A stretch of DNA of 26,267 nt from an uncultured Clostridia bacterium. GTDB taxonomy: Bacteria; Bacillota; Clostridia; HGM11327. The stretch covers positions 1-26,267 of the forward strand of contig CAJLXE010000001.1 in the NCBI GenBank assembly GCA_905210525.1, written 5' to 3'. The notes below the pieces were generated by a model. It did no database searches. It saw only the letters and a program-made list of their open reading frames with translations, and was not told the DNA's origin. Positions 1 to 8,356 of this stretch are shown here, in pieces. Numbering within the stretch: the first letter of the stretch is position 1; every line of letters begins with the position of its first letter. The position numbers and the translations under genes were made by a program.

Positions 1-842
1 AACGATTGCAGCACATTAAGGCTTGCGCCTACTTCTTTTCCGAGCCCCGGAGCACTGAGTCTGTATGCACACCGTTCTATGTATTTTCTCTTACCACATA
101 TGTAACCGCCTATCGGAGCAAGTCCGCCGCCCGGATTCTTTATCAAAGAACCTACCGTCATATCCGCACCCACGTCCGACGGCTCGATTTTATCCACAAA
201 TTCGCCGTAACAGTTGTCCACCATGCATATAACGTCCGGCTTTATCGATTTTACAAACGATATAAGCTCGCCTATCTGTTTTACAGAAAAAGTAGGACGC
301 ATCTGATATCCCTTTGAGCGCTGTATTGTCACAAGCTTTGTTTTTTCATTCAAAGCCTTTGCTATTGCGTCATAATCAAACGTGCCGTCGGCAAGCAGAT
401 CAACCTGTCTGTACTTTACTCCGTATTCCGCAAGCGAGCACTCGGATTTTCTTATACCTATTACTTCTTCCAGAGTATCATAAGGCTTGCCTACCGGTGA
501 AAGCAGTTCGTCGCCCGGCAAAAGATTCGCCGCAAGCGCCGTGGAAAGCGCATGAGTTCCGCATGTTATCTGCGGACGCACAAGTGCTGCTTCCGTGTGG
601 AAGCATGAGGCATACACATTTTCGAGCGTATCTCTGCCTATGTCGTTATATCCGTATCCCGTTGTTCCTGCAAAGCACCCCGCGTTAACACGGTTATCCT
701 GCATCGCCTTTATTACCTTCATCTGGTTATATTCGGCAGTTTCATCCGTTTTTTTGAACCTTTCCTCAAGACTTTCGAGTATTTGTTCCGAAAATTCAAT
801 AACTTTGGAAGAAATGCCGAATTTTTTATACATATCGTTCAT
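1..842 (-). CDS. ynbB: Methionine gamma-lyase family / aluminium-resistance PLP-dependent protein (YnbB-like), runs off the left edge
   Basis: Translated by hand from ATG at 842: MNDMYKKFGIS...NQMKVIKAMQDNRV...GTTGYGYNDIGRDTLE...LVRPQITCGTHAL...GKPYDTLEEVIG...IQRSKGY...VDNCYGEF...GSLIKNPGGGLAPIGGY...APGLGKEVGASL. These are hallmark YnbB motifs. AGAAAGGA lies upstream. Not in the ORF track because there is no stop in the window. Confidence 0.92.
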   Translation of the reverse strand, partial: MNDMYKKFGISSKVIEFSEQILESLEERFKKTDETAEYNQMKVIKAMQDNRVNAGCFAGTTGYGYNDIGRDTLENVYASCFHTEAALVRPQITCGTHALSTALAANLLPGDELLSPVGKPYDTLEEVIGIRKSECSLAEYGVKYRQVDLLADGTFDYDAIAKALNEKTKLVTIQRSKGYQMRPTFSVKQIGELISFVKSIKPDVICMVDNCYGEFVDKIEPSDVGADMTVGSLIKNPGGGLAPIGGYICGKRKYIERCAYRLSAPGLGKEVGASLNVLQS

Positions 843-904
843 TTTAAAATGGGTTTATTCCTTTCTCGTAAATTTTGCCGCAAAACAAACCTTCTTATAT
901 CGGA

Positions 905-1138
905 TCATTTATCGCTTTCATCAAGTATTTCCGCGGCTATATTGTTTATTACATCGGGTTTTGTAACTATAATACCCTTTTCGTCATTGCCCAGAACAAG
1001 AAGCGTACTGCCGGGCTTTATTCCGAACAATTCTCTCGCTTCCTTAGGAATAACTATCTGTCCCTTTTCGCCGACCTTCACGGTCCCGAATATGTGGTTG
1101 CCTTTAGGCATACCCAACAAATGTTTGCCATTCGCCAA
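905..1138 (-). CDS. AbrB/MazE/SpoVT-family DNA-binding protein
   Basis: GTVKVGEKGQIVIPKEARELFGIKPGSTLLV is the swapped-hairpin signature. The start is placed at the in-frame TTG at 1138 after GGAGG. The ORF track ATG at 1153 is an alternative. Confidence 0.9.
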   Translation of the reverse strand: MANGKHLLGMPKGNHIFGTVKVGEKGQIVIPKEARELFGIKPGSTLLVLGNDEKGIIVTKPDVINNIAAEILDESDK

Positions 1139-1164
1139 ATACCCGCCCTCCATAATTCATACTT

Positions 1165-1180
1165 TTCCTACAAGTAGGAA
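1165..1180. promoter_or_regulatory. Palindromic operator candidate overlapping the transcription start
   Basis: TTCCTAC-AA-GTAGGAA is a perfect 7-bp inverted repeat directly downstream of the -10. Confidence 0.5.
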
Positions 1181-1208
1181 TTATACCATACATAATCCTT
1201 TTTGTCAA
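1180..1208 (-). promoter_or_regulatory. Sigma-A promoter for the abrB-like/ynbB genes
   Basis: TTGACA (1208-1203), 17-nt spacer, TATAAT (1185-1180), with a TG extended -10. Confidence 0.85.
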
Positions 1209-1232
1209 CTTGATATTTACCCTAAAAACAGT

Positions 1233-1270
1233 AAATCTTCCGTCCCATACCTCAGGAACGGAAGATTTTT
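1233..1270 (-). terminator. Intrinsic terminator downstream of the GNAT gene
   Basis: AAATCTTCCGT...ACGGAAGATTT inverted repeat about 30 nt after the stop codon. Confidence 0.7.
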
Positions 1271-1301
1271 CAAGCTTTTGATAAACAATTAAAAGTCAAT
1301 T

Positions 1302-2426
1302 TCAGAAATGTTCAAACAAGCCGTTGTTTTTCTTGTGAAAAGCTTCAAAGAATTTGCTTTGCGGATTATAGAGCTTTGCGCCGTTCATATAAGGTACAAT
1401 ATCGGGTGTATATTCGTCATATCCGTAAACAAGCTGCGTAAAAGTCGCAACAGGAACCGACAAATCACATTCCGAACCTGAGGGAAGCTTTTTTACATCC
1501 GCGATTCCGTTTTCATACTCAACGCCGTAAACTCCGTTTACAAATTCAAGCGTATCCTCAACATTGACCGTAAAATAGCCTTTTCTGTCTTTGGGATAGC
1601 TGTTTGCTTTGAGCACCGTAGGCACATCGAGTATTCTTGCGGCGATATCAGGCACAAGAGTATAGGACGTATGCATATAGTGCTTCAGAACGGTATCTAT
1701 TTCGGGCGACATTGCGCAATTATGAATTTTTACGGTCTCATCCTCGCCTTCAAACATTCTTATAAAGCCAAACAGCGCATTGAGCGATTCAGGCGTTGTA
1801 AATGCCATCTCGTGTACGTGAAAATTAACGCTTTTCATTCTGTTTATGTTGAAAAACTGCTCCTGTGAGAACGTTATATAAGAAGCCGGATTTTTTGCCG
1901 AATCATAATATATGTATGTTCTGTTGCCGCCGCCCTTTGATGTCGGATATATACTCGTGCCGTATCTTTTAAACATTATGTTGCGCTTCTTTGAAAACTC
2001 ATTATAAATCTTTACACAGTCAAGCGCCTTTTCGGTTGAATCAACCGGTTCAAGATCTGTGCATCTTTCAGCAAAATCAAGCTTTGCTATCGGAAATACC
2101 AATATTTTATGATCTGCTACCTTTTCATAACCGAATTTTCTGTAATATGAAAACGAAAAAGGATGCAAAAAGCTCACTGCCCAACCTCGTTCGGGTGCTA
2201 TTTCGAGCATTTTATTCATCATCTTGCGTACAAGGCCTTCCCTGCGGTATTCCGGAGACGTGCCTATTCCGCCCACTGTGAGCGTTTTTATGTACTGTCC
2301 GCAATACATACTGTCCAATGTTTTGAATCCCATATGAGACATACAGCTTCCGTCGTCACTTCTTACTTCCATTCCCTCGGATATAACATTTCCGTTATCA
2401 TCATTAAAAATCACTTTTAATTCCAT
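1302..2426 (-). CDS. Eis-like GNAT N-acetyltransferase with C-terminal SCP2-like domain
   Basis: VGGIGTSPEYRREGLVRKMM (acetyl-CoA motif A), LHPFSFSYYRKFGYE, ARILDV, and a C-terminal 'VEDT...NGVY...FTQLVYG...EHF', all typical of the Eis family. Confidence 0.88.
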   Translation of the reverse strand: MELKVIFNDDNGNVISEGMEVRSDDGSCMSHMGFKTLDSMYCGQYIKTLTVGGIGTSPEYRREGLVRKMMNKMLEIAPERGWAVSFLHPFSFSYYRKFGYEKVADHKILVFPIAKLDFAERCTDLEPVDSTEKALDCVKIYNEFSKKRNIMFKRYGTSIYPTSKGGGNRTYIYYDSAKNPASYITFSQEQFFNINRMKSVNFHVHEMAFTTPESLNALFGFIRMFEGEDETVKIHNCAMSPEIDTVLKHYMHTSYTLVPDIAARILDVPTVLKANSYPKDRKGYFTVNVEDTLEFVNGVYGVEYENGIADVKKLPSGSECDLSVPVATFTQLVYGYDEYTPDIVPYMNGAKLYNPQSKFFEAFHKKNNGLFEHF

Positions 2427-2526
2427 AAATACAACCCTTCCCCATTTAATCCGACATTCGGCTTACAATCTCAAAGTATCGGGAAAAACCGCAAAGCCGA
2501 CAATCATCCGATCATGTTTCCATTGA

Positions 2527-2555
2527 ATTATATCATTGTTGATATCAAATGTCAA
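2527..2555 (-). promoter_or_regulatory. Sigma-A promoter for the GNAT gene
   Basis: TTGACA (2555-2550), 17 nt, TATAAT (2532-2527), with a TG extended -10. Confidence 0.85.
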
Positions 2556-2576
2556 CAACCGGCATCAGAACGACAA

Positions 2577-2611
2577 AAAATCCGCTGCAAATTTACATCC
2601 GCCGCGGATTT
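2577..2611 (-). terminator. Intrinsic terminator downstream of the PBP gene
   Basis: AAATCCGC...GCGGATTT stem followed by a T-run on the minus strand. Confidence 0.6.
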
Positions 2612-2642
2612 CATTGTTTATAACGCTTCTATTCAAGCATAA

Positions 2643-5600
2643 TTATACTTCCATGTCGGTAAATGTACTGTACAGATACAGGTAATCCGCTACCGTCTGT
2701 CTCCTCAGATCAGCACCTCCTGTCACGACTATATATTTACCTTTGTCACCGAACGCAAACGTCATTAGACAATATCCCGATTCATCCGTATATCCCGTTT
2801 TGCCGCCGAAATTATCCGCTCCGTTGACTGCCGACGCTTTTATATCCATATCATACGATATACGAGTTGAATGGAATCCGCTCTTTATGCCTCTCTGCTC
2901 CTGCATATTAGTTGCACGGTATGTATATGTATTTGCCTCCATAATACCCCTGAGGAATGTATAGTTGTCGGCATAAGCAAGTATAACCGCCATATCGCTC
3001 ACAGTACTGTAATGGTTAACGTCAGCCAAGCCTATGCAGTTTGTAAAATTGGTGTTTTTAAGCTTCAAAGCCGCCGCTTTACTGTTCATCATGCTTACAA
3101 AAGCAGATTCCGATCCCGCGCAATATCTCGCAAGCATAAGCACCGCGTCAGTACCCGACTGCATAATCGCTCCGTAGAAAAGATCCTTTATGCAAACGCT
3201 CTCGCCTGCCATGAATCCTGCCGACGCGGCATCCGCTTCTTCTATATACTCAAGAATATCATCCGTGAGCGTTACATATGTTGTATTCATATCAATATTG
3301 TTCTCACACATATATTCGTAAGCCACTATCGCAAACATTACCTTTGTCATCGACGCAGGATACATTTCCGTTTCCGCATTTTTGCGGGCAAGTATCCTGC
3401 CTGTCGATGCGTCTATTATTATTCCGTATTGCGAAAAGATCTCGGAACCAAGCTCTACCGTACTGCCGTCCGCAAACACTGAGAGCACCTTCCTGTCATC
3501 GGGCTTATCCGGTTTATGGAGTCTTTCGTCAAGCGCTGCAAACAGTGTATCTGAATTTTGCTGTAATGCTTCGTAAAGCGAACGAACCTTTTCTTCGTCA
3601 AACATTTCAATTTCTTCGTTATCCGTGTATATCGGAGCGTCGATTGCATTTTTCAATGCGTCCATGTCGTTATTTATGGCAATTATTTCGTCCACCGTAA
3701 TAACCGAAGCATAATCCGATCTCAGCAGGTTTATGTTAATCTGCCTTATAAGATTGTTGCCGAGCGCGGTATATTCATTTTTCGCCCCGATTTTTCTGTC
3801 TATCGATTCAAATATAGCGTTCGTAATCGATTCAAGAGCGTCATACGCCTCCTCAGCTTCGGCATTATTATACCTCTTCACATCAGGACTGCTGCTGTAT
3901 ACAGGAGCGCTTACTTTTTCTCTGAGCAATGCAATCGCATTTTCTATCTGCTGCTTCTGAAGCGGACTTATATTAGTGCTGTATTTTGAAAGCTTAAGAT
4001 TGCTGTTTATATTGCGTATAAGTTCGTTTGCTTTATTTGTCATAGCAGTTCTTTGCGCAATCAAGCCCGATGTTTCTTCCGTATGCAGATCGCAATAGCA
4101 CTCATCTCCGACAAGTCCTCCCACATACGGCGTTCCGTTAACAAGGTATATCGGGAAATATTCATACAGCAAATACTCTTTTTCCGTACCTATAAGCTTG
4201 AAGTATTCCGAATTTTCCGGTAATTTTACAGCCAGCCTGTCCTCTGTACAATCGTCCGAACAATATTTGCCCGCAAGCTTTCCGGACTCTTTGCACCACT
4301 TCACCTGCGTATGCATATCGCATACCTTTGTAGGTTCAGTTCCCTTTATAAAATATTCTTTCTTAGGCTTGTGACCGCTGTATCCGTCGGGACCCGATTC
4401 CTGTCCGCAAAGATCTCCGTTCGGAAGCAATCCCGAAATTCCGCATACCGTAACTTCTATTACATCGTCCGGAACTTCATCATACAGCTTTGCATCCGGA
4501 AGTCCTTCATGCAGACTGTTCATAACAGCTCTCCAGAACGGTGTTGCATTATACAACGCACTTGTTCCCAATGTAAACCCGTGAACAAAGTCGTCATGGC
4601 CTATCCACACTCCGCACGTATAATACTTTGTATATCCAAGATAAGCAATACCGCGAACATTTTCGTTTGTACCCGTTTTTCCCGCGCACTCAATACCCGG
4701 GTTTACGGAAAGATCAATCTGTATCGGGCACTCCGGTTTTGAAGCCGCTCTGTGAAGCCACTGCGTTATTATATACGCCGTTGATTCCTTGAATACCTGA
4801 CGGAATATCTGGCTTTCGGAGTTGTACAATTCTTCTCCGTCTTTATTGACTATTTTTGTTATGGACAGAGGTTCTCTGTATACGCCGCCGTTTGCCAGCG
4901 TAGCGTATGCGCCTACATATTCGGTGAGATAGCTTCCCGATGAACCGAGCGCCAGCAGAGACGGGCTGAGAGAAAGCATACTTTCCGATATATTGAGCGA
5001 TCTCATATAGTTGTAAGATACCTCAGGCGTAAGCTTTGAAAGCAGTATTCTTACCGTCGGTACGTTGAGTGACTTTACAAGCGCATACGAAACGGATGTA
5101 GGTCCGGAATATGTCTTGTCTGCATTCTGAGGATACCCGAGCTTTGAATACCAACCGTCTATAGGTACCGGTATATTTTCATATACCATGTTGCCAAGGA
5201 GTCCCCTATCCAGTGCGGGACCATACACGGAAAGAGGCTTTGTTGCCGAACCGAACAGCAATACCGACTGATATGCTCTGTTGAGACCGAGTCTTATTGT
5301 AGGTTCTTTTCTGCCGCCTACTATCGCCGCAATATATCCCGTTGAATTGTCTATTACAAATACTGCGCACTGAGGCTGTTCCACACCTCCCGCACTGACA
5401 TTCTGAGAAGGATCTTTAAGCGGCGGCCATGCGGTATATGAATAAACAGCATTTTCAACTGCCGTCTGCTTATCCACGTCAAGCGCCGTATATATTTTGA
5501 AACCGCCTGTTCTGAGGAGAGAACGCGCCTGTTCTATTCCTGTTTTACCTTCCCATCCGTTAGCCGTCATAAGTCTGTTTACCAGCTCATCAAGAACGTA

Positions 5601-7349
5601 TTCTACATAATACTTGTGTTCATAGGTATAGTTCTTTGAAGTCGGAGTAACCTTGAGCTGTTCCGATTCAAGATCGTCAACATCAAACAACGCGTCATTG
5701 TACTCTTCCTCTGTTATGAATCCCACGGCATACATTTGTGTAAGAACGTAATTTGCTCTCGCATACAATCTGTGACGTCCCTTTTCACCGAAACCGCCGT
5801 CATCCTCCGAAAGCATACACAGCCTCGGATTATAATATGTCGGTGCATTTGTGGTTCCCGCCAGAACCGCGCACTCACGCAAGGTAAGTTCATCAAGGTC
5901 CTTATCGAAATAGTCCTCCGCGGCGGACTTAACTCCGTACAAAAGACCGCCCATCGGCATTATGTTCATATACCATTCAAGGATTTCTTCTTTTGAATAT
6001 TCCTTTTCAAGCTGATAAGCAAGGTATATTTCCTGAATCTTACGTTTGTATGTCTGCTGCGACGTCAAAAGCGTAAGCTTCAACACCTGCTGAGTTATAG
6101 TACTTCCGCCGGATACGGAGCCTCCGCTGAGGTTGCTCAGGAACGACGCGAATATACGTTTGAAGTTAAATCCGCTGTGCTCAAAGAACGACTCATCTTC
6201 ACTGGCAACGACCGCATATTTAAGCATTGTAGGTATTTCGTCATAGCTTGCCCACGATCTGTTTTCAAGATTATAGTATTCTGTTATAAGATTACCATAG
6301 CAGTCGTATATAAAAGACGTCTGAGCATTGTTCTCTATTTTTTCAACGCTGAGCTCCGGTGCCGAAGCAATATACGCCCTTGCAACGCCGAGACCTATTC
6401 CGAGGCAGGCAAACCCTGCCAATATAACAAGCAACAGACAAAGTCTGCAAACAGAAACGCCTATCGATACCAAAAAGAACGGGCGTCTGTCCCTTACCCA
6501 CATACTGTGGCGTGCTTTGCCTTCATCGTCTTCCTCAGCCTTTTCATCTTCATCATGCTCATCACGAATATTATGTTCAGGCCTTGTCTCAAGCCTTCCT
6601 ATGTCCATAACAGGCATATCAATATCAGACTCGGCATCAGCGTTCGTCGAATCCTCCTGACGGGTATGAATCCGTGTTGCGGCAAGTTCATCTTCAACAC
6701 TGCTGTGCTGTTTTTCCTTTTCGGGTACACGACTGTTTACATCTACCGCATCCAATTCCTTACCGTATTCGGCAGGCTTTGCATTTTTCTGTACATCGGA
6801 CCCGGCAGGCTTAGGAGTACGTATTTTCTTTACCGTATTTTTTACCGCACTCGCTATCTTGCCGAAAAACATCGCCACCGCGGCAAATACTGCCATGCAT
6901 ACCGCCTTAAAACCGTTTTTACCGTCATGATTGTTGTTTTGTCTTTTATACGGTCTGTTTTCCGATTCCGCCTGCTGTTCGTGTACGGTTTCGTTTTGAA
7001 CGCGGTCTTCCTGCTTTGAAAACAGTTTTTTGACATACAAAACCGCTTTACGGAAAAATGCTGTCAATGCGGCGCGTACCTTAAGCCATATGTTTTTTGC
7101 CCCGCTGCCGATTTTTTTCATGTTTTCCGCAGAAAAGAACGCCTTTACCTTCACCGCACAAGCCGCAAAAAATCGCTTTACCGAAGCCCATACCGACCCC
7201 ATATTCTCTTTGAAGCCGTTTTTGCCCGCCTCATGCATAGGAGGTTTGTCCGCACCTTTCATTTTGTTTGTAACTTTTGATTTGATCTTTCCGAACCACG
7301 CTACTATTCGCGTATCCCGGAATTTATTTGACTTTTTCGAGTCAGACAT
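2643..7349 (-). CDS. Class A penicillin-binding protein (transglycosylase + transpeptidase) fused to a C-terminal D-Ala-D-Ala carboxypeptidase (peptidase S11) domain
   Basis: GT51 motifs EDESFFEHSG, GGSTITQQ, RKIQE, KEEILEWYMN. Transpeptidase motifs SATK (5238-5249), SLN, KTGT. A second penicilloyl-serine domain has ASMTK (3342-3353), SGT (3150-3158) and GGKTGYT (KTG 2793-2801). One TM segment precedes the GT domain. Start placed at ATG 7349 after GGAAAGGA; the ORF track starts at 7382. Confidence 0.92.
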   Translation of the reverse strand: MSDSKKSNKFRDTRIVAWFGKIKSKVTNKMKGADKPPMHEAGKNGFKENMGSVWASVKRFFAACAVKVKAFFSAENMKKIGSGAKNIWLKVRAALTAFFRKAVLYVKKLFSKQEDRVQNETVHEQQAESENRPYKRQNNNHDGKNGFKAVCMAVFAAVAMFFGKIASAVKNTVKKIRTPKPAGSDVQKNAKPAEYGKELDAVDVNSRVPEKEKQHSSVEDELAATRIHTRQEDSTNADAESDIDMPVMDIGRLETRPEHNIRDEHDEDEKAEEDDEGKARHSMWVRDRRPFFLVSIGVSVCRLCLLLVILAGFACLGIGLGVARAYIASAPELSVEKIENNAQTSFIYDCYGNLITEYYNLENRSWASYDEIPTMLKYAVVASEDESFFEHSGFNFKRIFASFLSNLSGGSVSGGSTITQQVLKLTLLTSQQTYKRKIQEIYLAYQLEKEYSKEEILEWYMNIMPMGGLLYGVKSAAEDYFDKDLDELTLRECAVLAGTTNAPTYYNPRLCMLSEDDGGFGEKGRHRLYARANYVLTQMYAVGFITEEEYNDALFDVDDLESEQLKVTPTSKNYTYEHKYYVEYVLDELVNRLMTANGWEGKTGIEQARSLLRTGGFKIYTALDVDKQTAVENAVYSYTAWPPLKDPSQNVSAGGVEQPQCAVFVIDNSTGYIAAIVGGRKEPTIRLGLNRAYQSVLLFGSATKPLSVYGPALDRGLLGNMVYENIPVPIDGWYSKLGYPQNADKTYSGPTSVSYALVKSLNVPTVRILLSKLTPEVSYNYMRSLNISESMLSLSPSLLALGSSGSYLTEYVGAYATLANGGVYREPLSITKIVNKDGEELYNSESQIFRQVFKESTAYIITQWLHRAASKPECPIQIDLSVNPGIECAGKTGTNENVRGIAYLGYTKYYTCGVWIGHDDFVHGFTLGTSALYNATPFWRAVMNSLHEGLPDAKLYDEVPDDVIEVTVCGISGLLPNGDLCGQESGPDGYSGHKPKKEYFIKGTEPTKVCDMHTQVKWCKESGKLAGKYCSDDCTEDRLAVKLPENSEYFKLIGTEKEYLLYEYFPIYLVNGTPYVGGLVGDECYCDLHTEETSGLIAQRTAMTNKANELIRNINSNLKLSKYSTNISPLQKQQIENAIALLREKVSAPVYSSSPDVKRYNNAEAEEAYDALESITNAIFESIDRKIGAKNEYTALGNNLIRQININLLRSDYASVITVDEIIAINNDMDALKNAIDAPIYTDNEEIEMFDEEKVRSLYEALQQNSDTLFAALDERLHKPDKPDDRKVLSVFADGSTVELGSEIFSQYGIIIDASTGRILARKNAETEMYPASMTKVMFAIVAYEYMCENNIDMNTTYVTLTDDILEYIEEADAASAGFMAGESVCIKDLFYGAIMQSGTDAVLMLARYCAGSESAFVSMMNSKAAALKLKNTNFTNCIGLADVNHYSTVSDMAVILAYADNYTFLRGIMEANTYTYRATNMQEQRGIKSGFHSTRISYDMDIKASAVNGADNFGGKTGYTDESGYCLMTFAFGDKGKYIVVTGGADLRRQTVADYLYLYSTFTDMEV

Positions 7350-7525
7350 AATAAAATTTACATCCTTTCCTGATGATTGCACTTTATCCGTATCACGTCA
7401 AAAATGCAAAAGAATCATTGCCCGAGCCGATACAGAACATTGTTCTGCAATATCAGCTCCGCAAACAGGCAATAACATTGAAATGCCCGTCGGCAAATTA
7501 AAGCCCAATAACGCTTATATATGTA

Positions 7526-7554
7526 AGTATATCACTTTTGTCAATGCCTGTCAA
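7526..7554 (-). promoter_or_regulatory. Sigma-A promoter for the PBP gene
   Basis: TTGACA (7554-7549), 17 nt, TATACT (7531-7526), with TG. A second TTGACA at 7544-7539 sits 17 nt from TATATA. Confidence 0.7.
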
Positions 7555-7569
7555 GAAAATTCGGAACTG

Positions 7570-8355
7570 TCAGACATAACGCAGTATTTTCACCCAAATT
7601 CTGCCTTTTCTGCTTTCTCCGCTTACCGACTTCAATATTATTTTACCCTTTCCCCGCAATGATATTACATCATTTTCCTTTACATTTTGTGACGGCGTAC
7701 CGATTATTCTGTGATTCAGGCTTACAAGCTGCTTTTCGACTGCCGATTTTGCCGTTTCTCTCGACAGTCTGAATCCCTCGGCTATAACGCAGTCCAATCT
7801 CAGTGAAGCAACCGTTGCATTTATTTCCTCGATTTTGACTTCGGGAATCCTCACCTCATCAAAGGACGCACGTTTTACACTTACGTTCTGTCTGCCTATT
7901 TTAGTGAAATTTTGTTCTATATAACCGGCAATATCTTTCATTACAAACACAAAGCATTCGTTCCCGAACACAAGAATATCCCCCACCGCGTCTCGCTCGA
8001 TGCCAAGCCCCATAATGCTTCCCAATATGTCTCTGTGCCCGACCTCGGCGGCATACTTCACCGAAAGTACAGTGAACGGCAATTCATCTTCATCAATTTC
8101 ATAATTTTCATCGGGTAAAAGAATGGCTACGCAGCGTTCTGCACTGTCGTAGCCACCAAATAACCTGCAATGTGAATCAAGAAGATGAAAAACGGATTCA
8201 CAGTACGCCTGTTCCTGCTGTGTGAGAAAAAATGTTGACGTAGGACAATATCTTTTTATACACATTGCGTCCAGATCAAGAAGCCTTCTCCCCAACAGCG
8301 CCTCTTCTTTGCTATTCGCAAGAAGCTCCGTTTTCTTCTGTCTTTCTTTATTCAT
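7570..8355 (-). CDS. ylmH: YlmH/Sll1252-family S4-domain RNA-binding protein
   Basis: TFFLT, FGGYDSAER, HRDILGSIMGLGIERDAVGDI, VASLRLDCV, DVISLRGKGK, SRKGRI. Start placed at ATG 8355, 1 nt after the ABC stop. The track's 8430 start overlaps the ABC gene. Confidence 0.92.
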   Translation of the reverse strand: MNKERQKKTELLANSKEEALLGRRLLDLDAMCIKRYCPTSTFFLTQQEQAYCESVFHLLDSHCRLFGGYDSAERCVAILLPDENYEIDEDELPFTVLSVKYAAEVGHRDILGSIMGLGIERDAVGDILVFGNECFVFVMKDIAGYIEQNFTKIGRQNVSVKRASFDEVRIPEVKIEEINATVASLRLDCVIAEGFRLSRETAKSAVEKQLVSLNHRIIGTPSQNVKENDVISLRGKGKIILKSVSGESRKGRIWVKILRYV

Positions 8356-8356
8356 G

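Noticed and set aside
6..1292. Plus-strand ORFs 6..317, 314..688, 595..966, 783..1292, 875..1177
   Set aside because: Antisense shadows of the ynbB-like and AbrB-like genes, with no recognisable motifs.
905..2426. AbrB + GNAT as a toxin-antitoxin pair
   Set aside because: The GNAT is a 374-aa Eis-type enzyme lying upstream, separated by a terminator and an independent promoter.
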